DNA of 64,000 bases. It comes from a virus. Positions within the stretch are counted from its first letter, which is position 1, and the number at the start of each line of letters is the position of its first letter. Shown here one piece after another: positions 58,095-64,000 of this stretch. Where the stretch lies: positions 96,001-160,000 of the IMG/VR virus record IMGVR_UViG_3300020733_000010. One strand, given 5' to 3'. The notes beneath the pieces are model-generated. The model had not been told where the DNA came from. It saw nothing but the letters and a program-made list of their open reading frames with translations, and made no database searches. The position numbers and the translations under genes are program-made.

Positions 58095-58730
58095 ATGACA
58101 TACATAAACATTATTAAAATGTTTCTGTTGTTGCCTATAATTGTAACAGGTACATATCTGGCGAATGTGTACAACAAAATGCAACAACCGATCCCAAAAG
58201 AGCCAGTCAAGGTGGCTAAAGTTGTGGATCAAAAACAATTAAGTTGTTTAGCGGACAACATCTACTATGAAGCAGGCTCGGAAATAACTGAGGGCAAAGC
58301 TGCCGTCGCTCGTGTAGTATTAAACCGTATTAACAACGGAGGATTTGGGTCAACACCATGTAAAGTTGTATACCAAATGACACAAGTAAAACAAATCAAT
58401 ACTGATACAGAAGAACCATTTTGGATAAAAGTCTGTCAATTTAGTTGGGTTTGTGAGGGTAAGGGTAACCCAAACAAACGTGACCCACGTTACCAAAAGA
58501 GTTTACAGGTGGCATATGATGTGTTAGCATATGATGCATATAAGGATATAATTCCACGTAGTGTATTATATTTTCACAACACAAGCATAACACCTGATTG
58601 GCCGCATGAAGTTGTGAAGAAAATAGGAAATCACATATTCTATAGAAAATCGCATAAACATGGACATAACCAAACGCATAAATATAACACGGTCACCACA
58701 ACGCAATCTTTTCCAGAAGAAAAGGTATAA
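58095..58730 (+). CDS. SleB-like cell wall hydrolase (Hydrolase_2)
   Basis: N-terminal membrane anchor, CLADNIYYEA..GKAAVARVVLNR, CQFSW, LYFH and IGNHIFY. Confidence 0.85.
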   Translation: MTYINIIKMFLLLPIIVTGTYLANVYNKMQQPIPKEPVKVAKVVDQKQLSCLADNIYYEAGSEITEGKAAVARVVLNRINNGGFGSTPCKVVYQMTQVKQINTDTEEPFWIKVCQFSWVCEGKGNPNKRDPRYQKSLQVAYDVLAYDAYKDIIPRSVLYFHNTSITPDWPHEVVKKIGNHIFYRKSHKHGHNQTHKYNTVTTTQSFPEEKV

Positions 58731-59247
58731 GGATAAGTTGCTATTAGATCCAAATAATGAAGTTGCAAAAGATATGTTAGAAAATATAGATTTTGAAGAA
58801 CATCGTAAATTAGATTTGGAAAATGACCCAGAGTGGCGTAAAGACAATTTAGAATATGACTTGCGTACCAATGAATATATGGTAAATAAAGTTAGAACTG
58901 ATATAGTCTATGCCCAACATCTGTATGCTGCATTGTGTAACAACGACTATCAAAAGAATGATGTGTGGCCTATACTACAGGATAAACGCTGGAGTTGCAG
59001 TTGGCGGTATGCTGGTGGCATACTTGCTAACATGTGCGGTGAGGGCGATTACATGGATTGGTACTGTAGTGGAATTACCTCGTCTACGGATATAACTGAT
59101 GAAGAATTTGCCCAAATGACAAAAGAAAGGCAAGAAAGTTACCTAACAAGTAAACGGTTTGTCAGTGAAGGCGTTATAAGTAGTGAGATACTTGAAGATT
59201 TGTTTAATTTGGGTTGGAAGCCCGTAGGAGATAACAATGAGTTTTAA
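58660..59247 (+). CDS. Hypothetical protein (195 aa)
   Basis: YAQHLYAALCNN..WSCSWRYAGG..GDYMDWYCSG; overlaps the end of the hydrolase gene by 71 nt. Confidence 0.65.
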   Translation: MDITKRINITRSPQRNLFQKKRYKDKLLLDPNNEVAKDMLENIDFEEHRKLDLENDPEWRKDNLEYDLRTNEYMVNKVRTDIVYAQHLYAALCNNDYQKNDVWPILQDKRWSCSWRYAGGILANMCGEGDYMDWYCSGITSSTDITDEEFAQMTKERQESYLTSKRFVSEGVISSEILEDLFNLGWKPVGDNNEF

Positions 59248-59530
59248 AAAGATTTTAATTGGTACTACACTATTAATTAGTGTTTCAGCGTTTGCCCAAC
59301 ATGGACATTGGGAACGTCACGGTGGTGGTTGGGGCTGGGTAGCTCCTGTAGTTATCGGTGGCGCAATCGGCTATGAACTAGCACGTCCTGTAGCACCTGT
59401 AGTTATTACTCAGCAACCACCGGTTGTTATTCAACAACCGCAAGTTGTGCAAACACAAAACTGTAGCCCATGGACTGAAATTCGTAACCCTGACGGTACT
59501 GTAACTGTTACCCGTACTTGCACACAGTAA
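59237..59530 (+). CDS. Exported Gly/Pro/Val-rich small protein
   Basis: Signal peptide (MSFKKILIGTTLLISVSAFA), HGGGWGW, a glycine-zipper-like helix, PVVI repeats and a C-terminal Cys pair; AGGAG Shine-Dalgarno. Confidence 0.65.
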   Translation: MSFKKILIGTTLLISVSAFAQHGHWERHGGGWGWVAPVVIGGAIGYELARPVAPVVITQQPPVVIQQPQVVQTQNCSPWTEIRNPDGTVTVTRTCTQ

Positions 59531-59553
59531 TTTGTTAGCACAGACGTACTATA

Positions 59554-59560
59554 TTAAATA
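59554..59560 (+). promoter_or_regulatory. Late-like promoter box TTAAATA heading the acyl operon
   Basis: taTTAAATAgttgATG, 4 nt before ATG 59565; no Shine-Dalgarno sequence. Confidence 0.45.
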
Positions 59561-59564
59561 GTTG

Positions 59565-60395
59565 ATGGCATTTAATATAAACGACTATTTTAACGAAATT
59601 AAACCCAACTTGGTTGAAGTAGAGACTAAAGTTGGGAGTATGGCAGTATATAACCATGACCAAATCATTAGCACAGCATTATTGTTGTATGGTGAATATT
59701 GTCATGCAGAAGTAGATATACTCTGTAGATATCTCAATAATAAATCCGTTTATTTAGACGTTGGAACTAATATTGGCTATCAGTTACGTGCAGTATACTT
59801 TCAATCAAAAGCAAACTGTATTGGATTTGAGCCACACATCACACATTTTACGGTTGCAGCATACAACTGTCAACATTTCCCCATTAAGATTATCAATAGT
59901 GCGTTAGGTAACGGTAAGGGTAAAACCATTATCAGCGACTTTGACTTAGAAGTAACTAGCAATTATGGGGAAGTTCATATCTGTGACGAGGGTATTGAAG
60001 CAAATATATCACGCATAGACGACTTGAAACTAGCGGGGTTAGACGCAATTAAGATAGACACTGAGGGTACGGAACTTGATGTACTTAAGGGTGGATTAAG
60101 AACTATTAAAAAGTATCGTCCAGTTATATTATTTGAAGCTAACACAGATTATACAAAATCCGTAAAGTACTTAGAAAAGCAAAATTATAGTTTTTATTGG
60201 GTCAGTTGTAGATATAGCCCAATGAGTGCTAACTTTAAAGGAAATATGAATAATCCTTTTGGACGTGCGGGAAGCACAAACATATTAGCAGTACCCGTTG
60301 AACGTGAGCAACCTACAGATTTATTGCCCCTAGTTGGTGGTGAGAATCATAGTGAAACAGTCACACGAATAGAAAATTACAAGTTAGTATTTTAA
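59565..60395 (+). CDS. FkbM-family SAM-dependent methyltransferase
   Basis: YGEY..E, YLDVGTNIGY, GFEP, IKIDTEGTELDVLKG and RPVILFE. Confidence 0.88.
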   Translation: MAFNINDYFNEIKPNLVEVETKVGSMAVYNHDQIISTALLLYGEYCHAEVDILCRYLNNKSVYLDVGTNIGYQLRAVYFQSKANCIGFEPHITHFTVAAYNCQHFPIKIINSALGNGKGKTIISDFDLEVTSNYGEVHICDEGIEANISRIDDLKLAGLDAIKIDTEGTELDVLKGGLRTIKKYRPVILFEANTDYTKSVKYLEKQNYSFYWVSCRYSPMSANFKGNMNNPFGRAGSTNILAVPVEREQPTDLLPLVGGENHSETVTRIENYKLVF

Positions 60396-60929
60396 ATGAT
60401 AATACACAAAATACATGATAATTCCAACAGTCACGTGATGAAACTACTAACTGACGAGTTTAGTACAATCACGGATACTGATATCATCAAAAACTATCAT
60501 CCAGACTATATGAATGAACCCAGCAACATCTTTTATATACTGAATGATAGAAATGGAAGATATCACAATGGGGCATATTATGTTATTGAAGAAGATGGAT
60601 TTGTTGCTAGTGCAGGATATAATGAGTACGACCAAGACACAATATTAGCCATAACACGCATGTATGTGTCAGTTAATTATAGGGCTAAGTTTTATATAGG
60701 AAAATATGTCTTGCCCACTATACTTGAAGACACAAAACACTATAGTAAGATTTGGATAACATTCAACGACTATAATCATATATTGTATCAGTATTTTGTA
60801 AGAACTAGTCAGGATAAACGAACCGGCTTATATGCACCCTGGCCTGATATCTATAAACAATTTAAACCCATAGGAAAAAAGACAATAAATCATACTGAGC
60901 AGTATGTAGTTGAAAAGAGGAACATATGA
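60396..60929 (+). CDS. GNAT-fold acyl/acetyltransferase
   Basis: FVASAGY..ILAITRMYVSVNYRAKFYIG, matching GNAT beta4/motif A; ATG directly follows the upstream stop. Confidence 0.6.
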   Translation: MIIHKIHDNSNSHVMKLLTDEFSTITDTDIIKNYHPDYMNEPSNIFYILNDRNGRYHNGAYYVIEEDGFVASAGYNEYDQDTILAITRMYVSVNYRAKFYIGKYVLPTILEDTKHYSKIWITFNDYNHILYQYFVRTSQDKRTGLYAPWPDIYKQFKPIGKKTINHTEQYVVEKRNI

Positions 60930-61144
60930 CAGACCAAGAAAAGATTGAATTTTTGCAGACAGCAATCAAAGAGTTGTTTAACCGTAGTGTAAACATAAGT
61001 CCTGACAACTTATTGATTGACCTAAAACTAGACTCACTAGATATTGTCGAGTTACAAGTATATTATGAAGAACAGTCCGGTATTGAGTTATCTGACGATA
61101 CCAAACTGGTTACCGTTAAAAACTTAATGGATTTGATGAAATGA
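60926..61144 (+). CDS. acp: Acyl carrier protein
   Basis: 72 aa, acidic, DLKLDSLDIVEL phosphopantetheine-attachment motif, E..GIE.SD and TVKNLMDL tail. Confidence 0.85.
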   Translation: MTDQEKIEFLQTAIKELFNRSVNISPDNLLIDLKLDSLDIVELQVYYEEQSGIELSDDTKLVTVKNLMDLMK

Positions 61145-62064
61145 ACTATACGTTCAATAACCACTTAAAATATACGATAGGTGGCAGACTTTATGGAGCA
61201 AGAACTAGTCCAACGGAAAAGTTTGAAGTATCTGTGGGTCAAATTGATGTTGAACAATATAAAAATAGTACGTTCCGTGACGAGTTATTACGAACCGCAG
61301 ATTTAGTCTATAAAGACTATGGTAAAGACTTTGCATTGTTTCTAAGTGGTGGTACTGATTCTGAGATTGTTTTAAGAAACTTTTTAGATATTGGGGTTAA
61401 ACCACAATGCTATACGATTTGTTTTGAGAATGAATATAACAGAACCGATGTTAATGAAGCAATAGACCTAGCTAAGGAATTAGACGTTAAATTAAATATC
61501 ATTGACTTTAACGTAAAAGACTTTCTATACAGCGGGGAAGCAAGTGAGTTTGGAAACAAGATACAATGTACACAGATTACATATCTTATGGTCTATCGTT
61601 GTATCAAACAGTTGGGTTTGCCCAGTGTCATGGGCGGAGAATTATTACTTAAACGAAACATATATACTGAACCGACTACTTGGTACTATTGTTTCCGTGA
61701 AAATGAAGATGCTAGTGCAATTAGATTCAGTGAAACATACAATATCCCATTGGTCAACGAATGGTTCAGTTATACCCCTGAACTAATGTTGTTCTATTTA
61801 GAACAACAAGCTATACACAGTTTGGTCAACGAAAAATACAATTATAAATTAACTTCGGTAAGTAGCAAAAATGCTATTTTAAAACAGTTATTACCCGAAA
61901 TCCGTGTACGTAAAAAGACGCATGGATTTGAAAAGTTATTGGGTTTTAACTATGAAGCATATAGACAATTATCCAGTGAGCAAATTCCCAGACTTGAGCA
62001 AAGTTTAGATGGCATCGAATTCTATACACTATTAGATAGGTTAAAAGGTAATGAAGGTAATTAA
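61141..62064 (+). CDS. Asparagine-synthetase-like ATP pyrophosphatase (PP-loop) lacking a glutaminase domain
   Basis: LFLSGGTDSEIV PP-loop and VMGGE motif; only 307 aa, no N-terminal Cys Ntn domain. Confidence 0.7.
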   Translation: MNYTFNNHLKYTIGGRLYGARTSPTEKFEVSVGQIDVEQYKNSTFRDELLRTADLVYKDYGKDFALFLSGGTDSEIVLRNFLDIGVKPQCYTICFENEYNRTDVNEAIDLAKELDVKLNIIDFNVKDFLYSGEASEFGNKIQCTQITYLMVYRCIKQLGLPSVMGGELLLKRNIYTEPTTWYYCFRENEDASAIRFSETYNIPLVNEWFSYTPELMLFYLEQQAIHSLVNEKYNYKLTSVSSKNAILKQLLPEIRVRKKTHGFEKLLGFNYEAYRQLSSEQIPRLEQSLDGIEFYTLLDRLKGNEGN

Positions 62065-62647
62065 GTTATCAAGTGAGCACGTAAACACAGTTAGACCATT
62101 GTTTGAGGGTCCTAACTTCATGGGCGTGGATAGTACAACCAACTATTTTATAGATAGTACAGAGAACTTTGTTGACTTTTACCATGAAGCATTTTGTCAC
62201 GCATACTTAACCAATTTAACTAACTATCAAAGTTTTGCGGTATTGGATGACAATGATACAATTGAGTGCTTGATTGCGTTTTATGAGAGTATTGACGATG
62301 CCAGCTGGTACTGGACTCAAATACGTAGTAGAGGGAACAAACATGCAATTAGATTATGTTTGGACAGTGTAATTGACTATAATGAAAACAACAATAGATT
62401 TAAGTTCTATAGCATGTTTCCTAGCAAATATATTGAGTTATACCGTAGATTAGCATTCAGCGAAACAAACCGTGAACGCTATGATAGTTTTGATGAATAT
62501 TTGGTTGAGCCAAGAACACAGTGCCCGTTTAGTCTAGCATGGCATATATTGTACAATAGAACATTAGTTCCTGTAGAAACAGTAGTTCGCTGCACATACT
62601 TAAAAAGACAATATAGAAACACTGTTCCTAACTTGGGGAAACTATAA
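62051..62647 (+). CDS. Unknown protein, paralog A (possibly GNAT-like fold)
   Basis: Shares MxVIKL, FYES.D...WY, LD.VI.YNE.N.R.KFY, ERY..FDE and VVRC..LK..YR with the next gene. Confidence 0.6.
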   Translation: MKVIKLSSEHVNTVRPLFEGPNFMGVDSTTNYFIDSTENFVDFYHEAFCHAYLTNLTNYQSFAVLDDNDTIECLIAFYESIDDASWYWTQIRSRGNKHAIRLCLDSVIDYNENNNRFKFYSMFPSKYIELYRRLAFSETNRERYDSFDEYLVEPRTQCPFSLAWHILYNRTLVPVETVVRCTYLKRQYRNTVPNLGKL

Positions 62648-63216
62648 TGCCGGTGATTAAACTAGACCAATCACACAGAGAGTTATGCAAAGATATATTT
62701 AACCATGATAAATTCATGGGTTTGGAAGTGAATGAGCAGGTTAATAATGTACTTTATGATAGATTTTGCAATACATATCTATTTGACTTAAAAAACTTCC
62801 ATTGTTTTGCGAATGTAATTGATGAACAAATCAAAGCACTGATTACCTTTTATGAGAGTGTTGACGAACCCGCTTGGTATTATACACTGTACAGAAGCAT
62901 GGGTGATAACAACTTGTTGCGTGAAGTATTAGATACAGTCATAGAATATAACGAAAAGAACGGAAGATTGAAGTTTTACACACTTGTGCGTAGTAACCAT
63001 TCAAAGTTACTTAGAAGATTTCATTGGAGTAAATACAATAATGAGCGTTATGGATATTTTGATGAGTGTCTAGTTCCTGCAAGACATAAAAGCTATTACA
63101 ATAATCACTGGGAATTGTTGTTTAAAAATATCTTGTTACCAGAAGATTCTGTTGTACGTTGTAACTTTCTCAAGCAGGAATATAGAAAAACATTGCCGAT
63201 AGGTGGGAATTTATGA
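62647..63216 (+). CDS. Unknown protein, paralog B (possibly GNAT-like fold)
   Basis: Paralog of 62051-62647; TAATG coupling. Confidence 0.6.
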   Translation: MPVIKLDQSHRELCKDIFNHDKFMGLEVNEQVNNVLYDRFCNTYLFDLKNFHCFANVIDEQIKALITFYESVDEPAWYYTLYRSMGDNNLLREVLDTVIEYNEKNGRLKFYTLVRSNHSKLLRRFHWSKYNNERYGYFDECLVPARHKSYYNNHWELLFKNILLPEDSVVRCNFLKQEYRKTLPIGGNL

Positions 63217-64000
63217 ATTTAAAGAGTGTTGCACAAGCGTTTTGGTTTCAGTTCTTTCCAGCAATATTGCTAGGATCGACAACCATCGTGTTATTGTGCA
63301 TGGGTATTATTCCAATATACTATTTGTGTTATACATTTATCATGTGGGTATTGGTATGTGGATTGGGCATTGCTGTAGGATATCATAGGGTATTTGCACA
63401 TAGAACACATAAACTTCCACAATGGAAAGAAAACATTATATTATTCTTTGCGGTGTTTGCAGGTCAAGGTGCAAGCATATTTTGGGTGGCTATGCATAGA
63501 GGATATCATCATCCATACAGCGACACAATAAAAGACTATCATAGTCCAGTTGCATATAACAAATTTACTGCATTTGTGGGCTGGTATTTTAGAATTACTG
63601 AAACTGAGAACCTTGTTAACTTAAAGGGTTCTATTGACTTGTTACGCAAAAAGAACCATCTATTCTTCCACAACTATTATAAAAGAATACTATGGGGTGT
63701 TCCTTTATTAGTTGCATGTATTGACTGGAAGTTTGCATTGACTGGATTCTGTCTAGTCACTATGATTGGATCACTACAAGATAATCTTGTAAATGTCTAT
63801 GGGCATTACAAGGGACTATTAGGTTATAGAAACTTTGAAACCAGAGATAACTCACATAATAACTTTATTCTTGGATATCTAGCATGGGGACAGGGCTGGC
63901 ACAATAATCACCATTATGCCCCCTCATCATTTGACTTTGGATCAGGTGTAAGCGGAAAATGGTACGAGTTTGATCCTTGTAGGTTACTAAAACCTTTATT
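63213..64000 (+). CDS. Membrane fatty-acid desaturase, Delta9 (OLE1/DesC) type; 3'-truncated and absent from the ORF track
   Basis: Translated by hand from ATG 63213: transmembrane helices, His boxes GYHRVFAH, HRGYHH and GWHNNHH, plus NLVNVYGH and WYEFDP. No stop before the window end. Confidence 0.92.
   Translation, partial: MNLKSVAQAFWFQFFPAILLGSTTIVLLCMGIIPIYYLCYTFIMWVLVCGLGIAVGYHRVFAHRTHKLPQWKENIILFFAVFAGQGASIFWVAMHRGYHHPYSDTIKDYHSPVAYNKFTAFVGWYFRITETENLVNLKGSIDLLRKKNHLFFHNYYKRILWGVPLLVACIDWKFALTGFCLVTMIGSLQDNLVNVYGHYKGLLGYRNFETRDNSHNNFILGYLAWGQGWHNNHHYAPSSFDFGSGVSGKWYEFDPCRLLKPL

Noticed and set aside
1267-63388. Numerous short antisense or frame-shifted ORFs in the track (e.g. 3303-3650, 17915-18355, 33410-33829, 58566-58871, 63203-63388)
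   Set aside because: They lie entirely over well-supported genes, lack RBS or motif support, and are expected shadows of biased codon usage.
1-64000. Stop-codon reassignment as in some large phages
   Set aside because: Long genes are uninterrupted under the standard code and TAA/TGA end genes at sensible boundaries.

Overview
This window is a 64-kb piece of a large, AT-rich, T4-like (myovirus-type) bacteriophage genome read in the standard genetic code. In order, it holds: (1) a 5'-truncated Holliday-junction-resolvase-like gene; (2) a ~575-nt structured non-coding gap between convergent genes; (3) gp51- and gp26-like baseplate hub genes on the minus strand; (4) a tape-measure-like gene; (5) a T4-type head module (gp20 portal, core/scaffold proteins, gp21 protease, gp22, gp23 major capsid); (6) ~40 kb (10.8-50.6 kb) of fibre/decoration genes, made of Asn/Gly/Thr-rich repeat stalks, small adaptor proteins, polyglycine tips and two giant LamG-repeat proteins; (7) nrdA, nrdB and glutaredoxin; (8) PAAR, a 682-aa unknown and an SleB-like hydrolase; and (9) a tightly coupled 7-gene operon at the right edge (FkbM methyltransferase, GNAT, acyl carrier protein, glutaminase-less AsnB-like ligase, two paralogous unknowns, Delta9-type desaturase). 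The best candidates for something undescribed are this ACP-centred acyl-modification operon, the repeated stalk-adaptor-tip fibre cassettes with co-varying terminal motifs, and the structured non-coding region. T4-late-like (A/C/T)TAAATA boxes precede many genes, often only 4-7 nt before an ATG with no Shine-Dalgarno sequence. All family assignments come from reading motifs by eye; no database searches or folding programs were run.
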